A stretch of 56,450 bases of DNA, from the IMG/VR virus record IMGVR_UViG_3300050343_000141, positions 1 to 56,450 of that record; one strand, written 5' to 3'. Under the pieces are notes generated by a model, which searched no databases, was not told the origin of the DNA, and was given only the letters and a program-made list of their open reading frames with translations. The stretch is from a virus. Taxonomy: Duplodnaviria > Caudoviricetes. Shown in pieces: positions 35,460 through 45,156 of this stretch. A program made the translations under genes and the position numbers. Every line of letters begins with the position of its first letter. Position 1 is the stretch's first letter.

Positions 35460-37249
35460 GTGCCGCGAATCTCATCCATAGTAGAAGCAATACAGACTTC
35501 GTCTACTTCGATGGTAGATTCTATTTCTATCTCAAAGTGCTTCCCCGCGTAGGGAGGCATTCTCGTCATCGGCTCTGCAGACGATCCATTTGTTCCGCTA
35601 GTTGCAGGCACGCCAAACGCGTCGTAGGTAATAACCTCTACTTTCCATATCTTGGCTTTGTCGCCCCTTGTCGTCGCCGTAAAGGTAGCGTCGAACAGCA
35701 AAACGTCGTCGACATAAACCGTCGCTGTGACCGGCACACTGTCAACCCAATCTGCGCTAACGGACAGCCACGCCATGCTGGTATGCGCTTCGGCTATAAA
35801 TATCTTAGAGCGCCACTTTGCAGTTTTTGCTGTTTCGCCTATTTGGAATGGGACAATAGTCTGATTATCGATTAGGTATAGATTGCCGTCTTTCAGCTTG
35901 GTGTACCCGCCCCACAAGTTTCCTGCCACTACATTGTCTGTCCACGACAGGGCCGCTTCTGAAGCGCGAGGGTCATACACCCAAGCTATTTGTCCATTTG
36001 GATCGCAGGCAACGTATACCCCTTCCCACAAAAACGCTTTGCATGTGTCAGGAAAGTAGCTTGCGCGCCATGTCTCAATGTCGATTAGCCCTTTCGTGAC
36101 CACCTTACCCTCGCCACCTGACACGGCACACAGCCCGTCAGGTCCGCAGTAAAGCAAGTACTCGCCCATATCTACGACACTAAACTTGTTCGTGCACGCT
36201 TGGGCAAGGTCAACTGTGATTGCCGTCATAGCAGACGGTTCGACACCTGTAACGAAATACGGTTTGCCGTCGGTCAGTGCAACGATGCCATTAGCCGTAG
36301 TGCCGATAGCAACGATGTCGCGCTCAAGGGTTATGCGGTTACCGATAGGCCAAGCATGTGGCAGGTATGGCTCGCTCATGCAGAGGCGTTTGCCTACATG
36401 CCCCGCCATTACGCCGTTTGCTACAGGGATCAAGCCCTGCAACGAACCGTCAGGATACAAATTCCCCCCATCGGGTGGCCCAATCCATGTATCAGAAGGC
36501 AGCACTTCGCCAAGCTCGGCGTCTTGCTTGTCATCTACAAAAGTAACACTTGATTGATACGGCCTCTCGTCAACAAACTGGAAGAACGTAAGTTGAGAGC
36601 CTGTATTAGAGCGGTAAAGTCGGATCTTCCCGCCCGTTAATGGGATTTGTCCGCCGTCCACTCCGCCGTATGCAACACAGGTAACTTCTGCTGTCTGGGT
36701 TGTAGGGGTAAACTCTAGGAGTGGGTTAGACGCGTAGCTTGGTGGGCCTTCCTCCCCAAACTGAGAGACATAGGTATACACCCATGCGTACTCTTCTACA
36801 GGATCAATGTCTTCGTCTAGCTCACCGCCAATAGTTACATCTGGTGCTGACTCTGGCGCAGGAATCCCCAGTTTGTAAGAGTTATTGGGGTAACCATTCT
36901 GGCGACCGCCGCCTGTAATAGAGTCAAACGTGCCGTACTTTGGATAGCCGTCACCCGTCCAATACAGACGATACTGATCGTCGCCGGGGATTGGGCCGGG
37001 CACGACTTTTACATAATCTTGGGGCCACTCTAGCCAGTACTCGTTAGGGCTAGGCGTCTCGTAGTAGTAGATGGACTTTTTGACTGTGTTTACCAGAGTC
37101 CAAACAGAGGCTCCGTTAACTTTGACCGGCTTTAGGTTACCCCTTTCAAAGTCTATGTTCTGTGCGACTTGCCCAAATTGATCCCCTAATAATTTAGGGC
37201 TGAGCGCTGGTGCAATACCAGAAAACCGCGTTCTTTTGAAATAGGCCAT
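35456..37249 (-). CDS. Tail nozzle / tubular-B-like structural protein
   Basis: FSGIAPALSP, YAWVYTYVSQFGEEGPPS, SEPYLPHAWP; beta-rich, 597 aa. Confidence 0.7.
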   Translation of the reverse strand: MAYFKRTRFSGIAPALSPKLLGDQFGQVAQNIDFERGNLKPVKVNGASVWTLVNTVKKSIYYYETPSPNEYWLEWPQDYVKVVPGPIPGDDQYRLYWTGDGYPKYGTFDSITGGGRQNGYPNNSYKLGIPAPESAPDVTIGGELDEDIDPVEEYAWVYTYVSQFGEEGPPSYASNPLLEFTPTTQTAEVTCVAYGGVDGGQIPLTGGKIRLYRSNTGSQLTFFQFVDERPYQSSVTFVDDKQDAELGEVLPSDTWIGPPDGGNLYPDGSLQGLIPVANGVMAGHVGKRLCMSEPYLPHAWPIGNRITLERDIVAIGTTANGIVALTDGKPYFVTGVEPSAMTAITVDLAQACTNKFSVVDMGEYLLYCGPDGLCAVSGGEGKVVTKGLIDIETWRASYFPDTCKAFLWEGVYVACDPNGQIAWVYDPRASEAALSWTDNVVAGNLWGGYTKLKDGNLYLIDNQTIVPFQIGETAKTAKWRSKIFIAEAHTSMAWLSVSADWVDSVPVTATVYVDDVLLFDATFTATTRGDKAKIWKVEVITYDAFGVPATSGTNGSSAEPMTRMPPYAGKHFEIEIESTIEVDEVCIASTMDEIRGT

Positions 37250-37255
37250 GCCCCA

Positions 37256-37492
37256 TCACTCCGAAACAATCTCCGCTTCCTCAATAGAAGCCTCGTTATG
37301 TGCCTTCATTTTGGCGCTGATAAGCCCCGCTAACGATGCACAGGACGCGTCATATATAGATAGCTGTGTCCTTGTCTCGTTTAGCTTCTCTTGCGCTTTA
37401 CCAAACAAAAAAATGGCTTGCCGCACGTCATCAGGGAGCGTATCTAGCTCATACGACTCACCATTAATTTCAACTATCTGCTCTTCTGCCAC
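37256..37492 (-). CDS. Small coiled-coil tail-associated protein
   Basis: IVEINGESYELDTLPDD followed by a helix; AGGAGG RBS. Confidence 0.65.
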   Translation of the reverse strand: MAEEQIVEINGESYELDTLPDDVRQAIFLFGKAQEKLNETRTQLSIYDASCASLAGLISAKMKAHNEASIEEAEIVSE

Positions 37493-37529
37493 TGTATCCT
37501 CCTGATATATCCATAGCTAATAAATTGTA

Positions 37530-37703
37530 TCACTCCTCCCCGTTCACGATAACTATTACTTTTACTTCATCTGAGCATTGGCAGGTCTGAGGGTTCTTTT
37601 TAGCGGCAATTACTTCCTTTAATCGCTCTCCCGTCACAGCGGTGCAGCCCGCCAAGCCAAAGGCAAGGCAGGCCACAGCGACCAAGTGCCACTTACGAGC
37701 CAC
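37530..37703 (-). CDS. 57-aa lipoprotein (not in the ORF track)
   Basis: GTG start; MARKWHLVAVACLAFGLAG|CTAVTGERLKEVIAAKKNPQTCQCSDEVKVIVIVNGEE; lipobox LAGC; overlaps the upstream gene by 11 nt. Confidence 0.7.
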   Translation of the reverse strand: MARKWHLVAVACLAFGLAGCTAVTGERLKEVIAAKKNPQTCQCSDEVKVIVIVNGEE

Positions 37704-39075
37704 TGGTAATCGTCAACGTCTTGTGCTCTTGAGCGTACCCGTAGCTCATCGGCCCGTTCACGATCCGCGTTCCGGCGAAACCAATAACCGGCAAGCCCTG
37801 CAAACTCTTCCCCGCGTTGTCTGCTGGCATAGCGTTTGTAAAGGTGACTCTGGCCGCGCCCGCCTGATACGGGTACGAGATCTTTGTTGCAGAATCTATA
37901 AGCAACGCTGAGTCAGAGTGGAACGCCATAATGCTTACGCTGTCACATAACTCACCTTCGACGCCGGTGCTGTCAGGAACAAACGTACCGGTCCCTGTGT
38001 TGCGGTTCGCACTCCGATCGTACCTAGTTAGATTTACCGATTCACACGCTGTCGTGGTCGCTGAAGAACTGTCGTAAGCCTTTGTAAATGGCGCACTAGC
38101 CGTCTCGGTATTCGTTAAGAAACGTTTAGTAGGCGACATTACAATCCAATCAGTCTCCGCTGCGATTGTGTCTTCCGTCTGAACTTCGTTGTAGATCCAT
38201 TTAATAGTAAGGGCTGCGCTGAGCGCCAATGCCCCGGCGTTTGGCTTACCAGTATAGTCATGCGTTACGCCGTTAACTTTGGCGCTCGTGACCCCTTCAT
38301 CCAGCTCTGGTGCAAGCGTACCGGTTCCGGTGTGGTAATTAGTAGCAGGCTTCGCCCATCCATCGATATGGGTAACCGGCACATTCATCGAGTACGCTTT
38401 ATCAGGATTGATGAAGATCGAGTTACCTGACAAGCCACCGGTCGGCGAGGTCACACTGGTCGCTGTATTAGAAGCCCAGATGCCTGACGTCCACAGCTTC
38501 ATCACTGCATCACAATCTGACAGGTCAATAGACTCATCTACAACCCCTAGCTCAATTACTTCGATATGGCCAAACTGCATGCGAGACAGTGACGGGTTGC
38601 CTTTCTCTGTGTCGTACAGGTAGGGGACAAACGGTTGCCGTCGCAGGGTCGCTCCGTTGAATAGCGTCGTCTGAGTGCCGCTGTAAGCTCCATTCTCTGT
38701 ACCTAATTCTGGAACAGTACACGTCGTGTCTGCTGTCAGCACCGCCGCACCTTCATTCTCTTTGTCAATGGCGAGCGCAAGGATGTCGTCTGGTGGGAGA
38801 TATGCGTTGAACTCAAGAATGACTTCGGAGTTTCTGCCCTCCAAGAAGCGAACTTTGACTGCCTTGTTCTCGTCTGAGCTGGTGTTAATGATGTGAAGGT
38901 AGGTGTTTGAGCCGTTCATCACACTGTAGAACGGATAGATCAAAACCTGTCCGGTGTTGTTGTCGTTGACGTATTGTTGGGCTGACGCTGAAGTTGTTAC
39001 TGCTAGCGCAACGGCTGTTGCAAGGATATTAGGAATGCTAATCCTGCTGGACATACTAGAGACTTGGCCTTTCAT
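37693..39075 (-). CDS. Exported cell-surface protein of the Dichelobacter Omp1-like family
   Basis: AGGAGG RBS; signal peptide ...ASA|QQ; motifs GQVLIYPFYSV, KAVKVRFLEGRNS, DTTCTVP, GHIEVIELG, TDWIVMSPTK, GLPVIGFA. Confidence 0.75.
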   Translation of the reverse strand: MKGQVSSMSSRISIPNILATAVALAVTTSASAQQYVNDNNTGQVLIYPFYSVMNGSNTYLHIINTSSDENKAVKVRFLEGRNSEVILEFNAYLPPDDILALAIDKENEGAAVLTADTTCTVPELGTENGAYSGTQTTLFNGATLRRQPFVPYLYDTEKGNPSLSRMQFGHIEVIELGVVDESIDLSDCDAVMKLWTSGIWASNTATSVTSPTGGLSGNSIFINPDKAYSMNVPVTHIDGWAKPATNYHTGTGTLAPELDEGVTSAKVNGVTHDYTGKPNAGALALSAALTIKWIYNEVQTEDTIAAETDWIVMSPTKRFLTNTETASAPFTKAYDSSSATTTACESVNLTRYDRSANRNTGTGTFVPDSTGVEGELCDSVSIMAFHSDSALLIDSATKISYPYQAGAARVTFTNAMPADNAGKSLQGLPVIGFAGTRIVNGPMSYGYAQEHKTLTITSGS

Positions 39076-39107
39076 AAGAATCCTCCTGATTGATAAGGCT
39101 TGGGGTA

Positions 39108-39467
39108 CTAACTTTCCGTGGGTGTGTTTAACTCTTCTGGGTGGGAAAGCACTTCGGGGGTGCCATCTCCTAAACCAACAAAAGCAGCGTTGTCGTCACT
39201 TAAATGTAACTCTCTTTGCTGGTTAAAAAACACTCTCTTTATTACACCTGCTTTTGTGTCTATTAAAAAATAAGCACGGTAGTGGTTGAGGTTGTTCTTT
39301 CTTTGGTGGCTTTCATTGCCTTCTTCGTCAGTGACTGTTTCCCAATCGCCGTAAGAGCTTTTTATAAAGTCGGAGGCAAAAGCTTTCGCTGCCTCTAAGC
39401 TATCTGCTTTTATCTCAGTAGCATAGGGTAGGGTGTGCATCTCCGCTCCAATTAGTATGTAGTCCAT
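39108..39467 (-). CDS. Hypothetical protein (tail module)
   Basis: 119 aa, 1-nt overlap with the upstream stop. Confidence 0.6.
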   Translation of the reverse strand: MDYILIGAEMHTLPYATEIKADSLEAAKAFASDFIKSSYGDWETVTDEEGNESHQRKNNLNHYRAYFLIDTKAGVIKRVFFNQQRELHLSDDNAAFVGLGDGTPEVLSHPEELNTPTES

Positions 39468-40135
39468 TACCTGCTCCTTACGTATAGATTTGAAAAACTA
39501 TTGTAGTAAGTTGTGTTTATGTCAGCGGTATACTGGTGACCACCAATAGTTCCAAATACTTTATGGTAAACAATTAGCGTGAGGTATCTTTGAGAAGAGC
39601 CTGCAGTGAACTGGAAGTTCACATAGCCGTCACCCCAAGCACTGGCCCAATCCGCACCATCGTATATGGTTGTTGGACCCCAACTACCGCTGAACATATA
39701 CCCTTGACTAGCACCAAATAACCAAATGGCTCCGGGTGCCCCTGCGTTAGCTGCAAAGTTTCTGTTTACTTGCCCAGTGAGGGTGTAATTACCGGGGGGT
39801 ACTTGGCCTTGGTATCGCGCTTCAAGCACTGCGTCTCCAGTTGTGTTTCTTGACAGGCTCATAAATGGCTGGGTATTTGACGCAGTAAAATCTCTAACGC
39901 CATAAGAGAAGTTACCTGTGCTGGACCAACACTGGCTTCTGGTCTGTTGAGCGTACTGGTTAAATCCGGTATGCGTAGCATTCATCCCCAGTGCGGTGCC
40001 ACCAAGACCCGCCAGCGATACATCACCGGAAGGATACTTACGGTCACGTAAAGGGGCACCGGCGAGGTTATCTACTCCAAAATTGTCAGTGTCTATCAGT
40101 GCTTCTTTTAGACTAATATTAGTTGTAGGTATCAC
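39467..40135 (-). CDS. Putative fibre-tip adhesin
   Basis: N-terminal P..NISL...PSGDVSL..L.G pattern of small proteins that follow S74-containing fibres; aromatic beta-rich C-domain. Confidence 0.5.
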   Translation of the reverse strand: MIPTTNISLKEALIDTDNFGVDNLAGAPLRDRKYPSGDVSLAGLGGTALGMNATHTGFNQYAQQTRSQCWSSTGNFSYGVRDFTASNTQPFMSLSRNTTGDAVLEARYQGQVPPGNYTLTGQVNRNFAANAGAPGAIWLFGASQGYMFSGSWGPTTIYDGADWASAWGDGYVNFQFTAGSSQRYLTLIVYHKVFGTIGGHQYTADINTTYYNSFSNLYVRSR

Positions 40136-41628
40136 TTTTTAGCCTCTAATAAAGAAATGCGTTCACGACAATCTTTAAGCTCTTCAATTAAGTAAGCGAC
40201 CAACCCGTTGTAGGCGACAGACTTCATGCCCTCATCATCAGTATGAACAAGATGGGGGAGTACCTGTTCAAGCTCCTGCGCAATCACGCCAGATCCTTTT
40301 TGGCCGGACTCTTTCCAATCCCACTCTCGGCCTTTAATACCGTCGATAAGGCCAACAGGAACTACCGTAATATTGTCTTTGAGTCTTTCGTCAGAGCTAG
40401 CTACAAAATCTGTTCCGTAAAGGGTTCCGCTTTGATTATTCAAACCAGAGGAAGATAAGTACCCGCTGTGGGTGTGACTACTTGACGCGTAACCAGAGTG
40501 AGTGTGACTTGCAGTTGCGTAGACACCGCTGTGATTATGGTTACTGGCCGCGTAGTTGTGGCTATGGCTAGCGTCAGCATAGACACCAGAGTGGTTATGG
40601 TTAGACGCTGCGTATGAACCTGCTACCTGTGCACCTACGTCGGCAGCGCTTAAAGTGACTGCGTTTGTCTTTCCGTTTACGCTAGTAACTGGGGCGGCTG
40701 GCGGCGTGTAGTTACTGGGTAAAGCACCTACGTCTGCGGCGTTTAAGATAACTTCGTTTGTCTTTCCGTTTACGCTAGTAACTGGGGCCGAGTAGTTACT
40801 CGGTAAAGCACCTACGTCTGCGGCGTTTAAGATAACTTCGTCAGTCTTACCGTTAACAGAAGCTACAGGGGCCGAGTAGTTACTTGGCAGAGCACCTACG
40901 TCTTCGGCGTTTAAAATAACTTCGCCGGTCTGACCGTTAACAGAATCGACAGGGGCGGCTGGCGGCGTGTAGTTACTTGGCAGAGCACCTACGTCTGCGG
41001 CGTTTAAAATGACTTCGTCAGTCTTACCGTTAACAGAAGCTACAGGGGCCGAGTAGTTACTTGGCAGAGCGCCTACGTCTGCGGCATTCAAAATAACTTC
41101 GCCGGTCTGACCGTTAACAGAGTCAACGGCACCGCCACCACCACCACCAAGTGCATCTGACTCTTCTTTACTGTAGACGTTAAGGCTAGAGCGCATCCCC
41201 GCCGCATCGTTCTTCTTTATGCCGTTAGCAGATTGCTCACCGCCCGACAGGAACCATGTGTCGGCCATGTTGTTTGCAATGTTATTGGAGAATGTTATGT
41301 TTTTAACAGTGATTTGGCCGAACTTGGCGTTACCGTTATCGTCCCTCAGAGCCAGCGTGTTCGGGGTCCAATCGTTAGTCATCTCAGGTAGGTCACCTCC
41401 CCCGTCAGAAAGGTCATCGATCTGATCCTGTAGTCCAGTATCTCCGTCGGCTCGCGCCTGTGTCTCTGTCGCTAAGTCAGCTTTAATCTGCGTGTCGTCA
41501 TAGCTTTCACCGCCGCCGCCATTACCGCCGCTGCTGCCAGAAGTCACCCACTTCTCACCGTCCCACGTCCAAGCACCGTGATCGGGATTTGTTTCGGGGT
41601 CGGGGAAACCTATAGTTCTAGTACTCAT
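40132..41628 (-). CDS. Tail fibre E with SVNG repeats, His repeats and a C-terminal S74 intramolecular chaperone
   Basis: FPDP...WTWDGEKW anchor; 6x SVNGxT..V.L.AxDVGA; repeated HxH motifs; SSDERLKDNI...GVIAQELEQVLP. Confidence 0.85.
   Translation of the reverse strand: MSTRTIGFPDPETNPDHGAWTWDGEKWVTSGSSGGNGGGGESYDDTQIKADLATETQARADGDTGLQDQIDDLSDGGGDLPEMTNDWTPNTLALRDDNGNAKFGQITVKNITFSNNIANNMADTWFLSGGEQSANGIKKNDAAGMRSSLNVYSKEESDALGGGGGGAVDSVNGQTGEVILNAADVGALPSNYSAPVASVNGKTDEVILNAADVGALPSNYTPPAAPVDSVNGQTGEVILNAEDVGALPSNYSAPVASVNGKTDEVILNAADVGALPSNYSAPVTSVNGKTNEVILNAADVGALPSNYTPPAAPVTSVNGKTNAVTLSAADVGAQVAGSYAASNHNHSGVYADASHSHNYAASNHNHSGVYATASHTHSGYASSSHTHSGYLSSSGLNNQSGTLYGTDFVASSDERLKDNITVVPVGLIDGIKGREWDWKESGQKGSGVIAQELEQVLPHLVHTDDEGMKSVAYNGLVAYLIEELKDCRERISLLEAKK
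40630..41130 (-). repeat. Six in-frame tandem repeats in fibre E (units of about 28 or 31 codons)
   Basis: APVxSVNGKTxEVILNAADVGALPSNY(S/TPPA) units with high DNA identity. Confidence 0.9.
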
Positions 41629-42883
41629 TCTGAATCCTCCGCTGGCATGGTTGCTATTTCATTTTCAAACTTTTCTATTAATCCGCCGATAGCATTACCA
41701 ATAGAATCGCGTAAACCCTCTAAAGTAGTTTCATCTTTAGTAGCGTTGCGTAGGGTAGAGAGTGTGCTGATTAAGCCCTTAGCGTCGATGACAGGTGAGC
41801 CGTCTTGAGTCATACGGGTGCTGGTTACGGTGCCAGAGAAATAACCGTTTTTGAATTTGTAACTGGTATTGCCTAAGTCTACTTTTCCGGTTGAGAACGC
41901 TCCGGTGGAGTCCATTGGCAGAAGGTAATTTGTGGTGAAGTGAATCCCTGAGTACCCGTTGCGATTTATCTCTCGGGCGTCCACGGAGCCAGAGAACTGG
42001 GCGTCTCCATCTTCGTCGATGGTCATTCTTACTGCGCTGGTACTGCCGCTACTACTTGTAGTGACTTCGAATGAGGCTGTGTCTACCCTCAATGGGTGGT
42101 AAGTCTGATTAGCCCTGTCAAAACTGATAATGCGGCTCGTTAAGTCTAAAGGTTCCAACTCAAGGGCTATCATCGATGGATTCCAAACAGACAGGGGCTT
42201 TGGAGGGGTGTCAGTACCGATGCCGACCCTGCCTGCGGCGTCGATTGTGAGTCGGTCTTGTGAGCCTGCGCGTAGTTTTAAATACTCTCCCTCAAGGGCC
42301 AATGGAACAGAGGCAGAAACAGCATCATCATAAGCAGATATTCTAGCGACATCCTCTGCTGTCAGTTGATTCATTGCTATGTTCAAATCCGTGCCAACAC
42401 GAACCTGAAGTTTACCTACCGGGTCATCCGTGCCGATGCCGACTTTGCCTTGAGCATTTATTCTCATAAATTCTTGAGTGTTGTTTGTCCCACCAAGGAA
42501 TCGAATATTGGACGCACCAGTCGTTCTTGCGGCAATTAACAGATCGCCATTAACGCCTCCAGCGCCATTATTTGCCGTAGCAATATATCCGTGGTTTTGT
42601 GGCGTCTGGAACTTGAGCTGACTACGCGCATTAAATCTAATCCGATATCTGAATTAGAACCTAAATTCACATCACCAATAATATTCATTTTACTTTCGGG
42701 GGTATCTGTCCCCACGCCGACATTTCCATCTGAATAGTAGATGTCATTGCCGTTCTGTTCCCATAAGGAGGAGCCACCAGAACCACCACCAGACTCCCAC
42801 TTGTAGATTGGAGTGCCATTTGGTGTTGTGCCATCTGCCTCCCAGCCCTTCTGTTCTGGATTCGGTACTACTTTAGTATTCAT
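41625..42883 (-). CDS. Tail fibre D (frameshift near 42641 joins 42536-42883 and 41625-42467)
   Basis: Start MNTKVV; GNVGVGT/VGIGT repeats; downstream frame open from ~42645 (RIRFNARSQLKF...); shared C-terminal helical module. Confidence 0.65.
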
Positions 42884-43986
42884 TCTGAATCCCCTGCTGG
42901 CTGGTTGACACTTCTGGTTCTGGTGCTGGCATGGTTGCTTGCTCAAAGCCTTCTACCAATTCATCAATGGCCGAGCGCAGTGACTCACGGATGTCCTGTG
43001 TCTCATCCATGGTTGCTTTGCGTAGGGCAGCTGAGTAATAAATGTCATCGCCATTCTGTTCCCAGAGGCCACCACCGGAGCCACTTGAGCCAGCGGGGAA
43101 CTCTAGCCACACAGCGCCGTCAAAGATGAATACCTCTGCGGTATTGCTGTTAAGCCACTGCATCCCTTCAATCGGGTCAACAGGCTCGGCAGCCGATATG
43201 ACCATGCCCGCGCCAGAGGCAATCTGCGGCACAAAGTTGAAGTCAACAGAGTTGCCGTTGGAGGGGAACGTCCCGAATGCACTAATAGTGTCAACAACGA
43301 AATCGCAGACATCTCCCGTCACGGTCTTGCTGATAACCCTGTACTCGGCACCGCCCGATGGTGCCTGCACGACAATCACGTCTCCCTCGGTCATCAGCTC
43401 AAAGCTGTGCTCATATCCGCTGGTGTCGTTCTTGTGCAGCGTCAGGGTTGTCGCCATAATCCAGTTGGCGTTCCTAGTGGTAAACGCGCCCGAGGTGGCA
43501 GACGAAGAGTTATAGCTCCAGCTTCCATAAAGCAGGGATGGCGCATCACTTTCCGGCAGCACAATCTCAGACCACGACGTGTCCTGACGAGCGTACTGCT
43601 TCCCATCAGATGGGGCCTCGTCAATGGCACCGCCGAGATCAAGGCCATCGATCTGACCCTTGTAGGGCCGCGTCACCATCAATGCGGGCCTGCGTCTCAG
43701 TGGCTAGGTCTGCCGTTATCTGCGTGTCGTCGTAACTCTCACCATCGCCGCCGCTGTTGCTGCTTGTCTCAAACCAGTAAGCGCCGTCAAAACAATACAA
43801 CCCTTCGCTACCAGACTTAGAGCAGTACCAAAGGTCGCCTTCAGATGCGCCAGTGGGTGCGGCGTCCTGTATCAGTACAGGGTTACCCGAACCGCCGCCG
43901 TAAGAACCCCCCGTAGAAACCCAAGCACCTATTTCTGCGTTCCACTCCCACCCTTCACGGGGCAAGTCGATTGATACAGTATTCAT
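42880..43986 (-). CDS. Tail fibre C (frameshifts at ~43658 and ~42900; apparent internal deletion)
   Basis: Removing one base of CCC 43657-43659 gives ALQGQIDGL, matching GLQDQIDDL of fibre E. The reading jumps from WEQNGDDIYYS straight to the C-terminal module. Confidence 0.6.
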
Positions 43987-45156
43987 TCTCCTGCCTCCGA
44001 TGTTGGCATAGCGGCTATTTGTTGCTCAAAGCCTTCTATAAGCTCTTCGATAGCAGAGCGCAGTGACTCACGGATGTCTTTTGTCTCATCCATAGTGGCT
44101 CTGTGTAGGGTAGATAGAGTAGTGACTAGATCACGGGTTCTAGTCAACGGTGATCCGTTAGCGTATACGGTGCCGCTAAAGTGACCGTCTTTAAATTTAT
44201 AATTTAGATGGCCGAGGTTTACATTTCCCACCTGTTGACGAGCCACCATCATCACACGGCAGAATGTTGTCTGGAAATTGCCCACCTCCGAGACGAATGC
44301 CAACATATGGGGAGTATATTGATCTATTGTCAATGGTTGTTGTACCGGCATTTTTGCCTGCAACAAAAGTGTCGCTGAAGGTGCCGTCATCAGCAGTAAC
44401 GGAGCCAGAGAACTGGGCGTCTCCATCGGCGTCTATTGCGAGTCGTTTCTGTCCGTTGGTGTAAAAAGCACATCCAGTAAACCCAGAAAACCTAGTCCAG
44501 TAATTGGTTGATGTGTCCAGAGTCAATCCATAGTAGGCAATATCCTCTCCGGTGTCAGCCTCGACAAACGTAGCAGAGGAAAGCGAAAAGTGATTACCTG
44601 ACACCTCTGGTGTCTCTACTGAGCCAGCAGTAACGGTGCCAGAAAAATTGGAATTTCCTGAGTTGTCGATTGTGATAGCAGGAGTGCCTTGCTTGGAAAT
44701 GTAAAAGTTTCCAGCGTTGCGAACATCTAGCTCGGCAGTGTTTGGGGATTGACTAAAATTTACTTTTATAAGCTGACTATCTTCCCCACGGAACGTAGCG
44801 GCCTCGTTGCTACCTCTCACTTCAAGCAAACTTGGGTCATTTGTCCCGATGCCGACATTTCCTGCGGTGTCGATTGTGAGTCTACGTTCACCAGAGGTGT
44901 GCATTCTGACCTCATGGTCAGATGTCGTTCCGATGTATAAACCTCCGTCGGCCCCGTCTGGCCCAACCAGAGAACTAACATTACCTCTATTCTGAGAAAT
45001 ATAAACTGGGGCAGAGACATCGCTTATTGTGAGTTTTTGAGATGGGTCACTTGTCCCCACGCCGACTTTTCCTGTCTCATCAATCGTTACAGCAGTGCCA
45101 TCAGCCTTATCATCGATGCCTCTAGAGAACTTGTTTTGCGTCTTAGTAAAGCTCAT
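43983..45156 (-). CDS. Tail fibre B (frameshift at ~44227)
   Basis: VGVGT/VGIGT repeats. Removing one base gives STGGNVNLGHLNYKFKDGHFSG, like paralogous GKVDLGNTSYKFKNGYFSG; ATGA-coupled at both ends. Confidence 0.65.

Noticed and set aside
37530-37703. o-spanin or u-spanin call for the lipoprotein
   Set aside because: The upstream gene is not an i-spanin, no endolysin or holin is adjacent, and the C-terminal VIVIV stretch is too short for a TM helix. Kept only as a minor alternative.
44223-44229. Programmed -1 frameshift at GGGAAAT
   Set aside because: The heptamer is read GGG AAA T, the wrong phase for X XXY YYZ slippage, and a +1 shift is what is needed.
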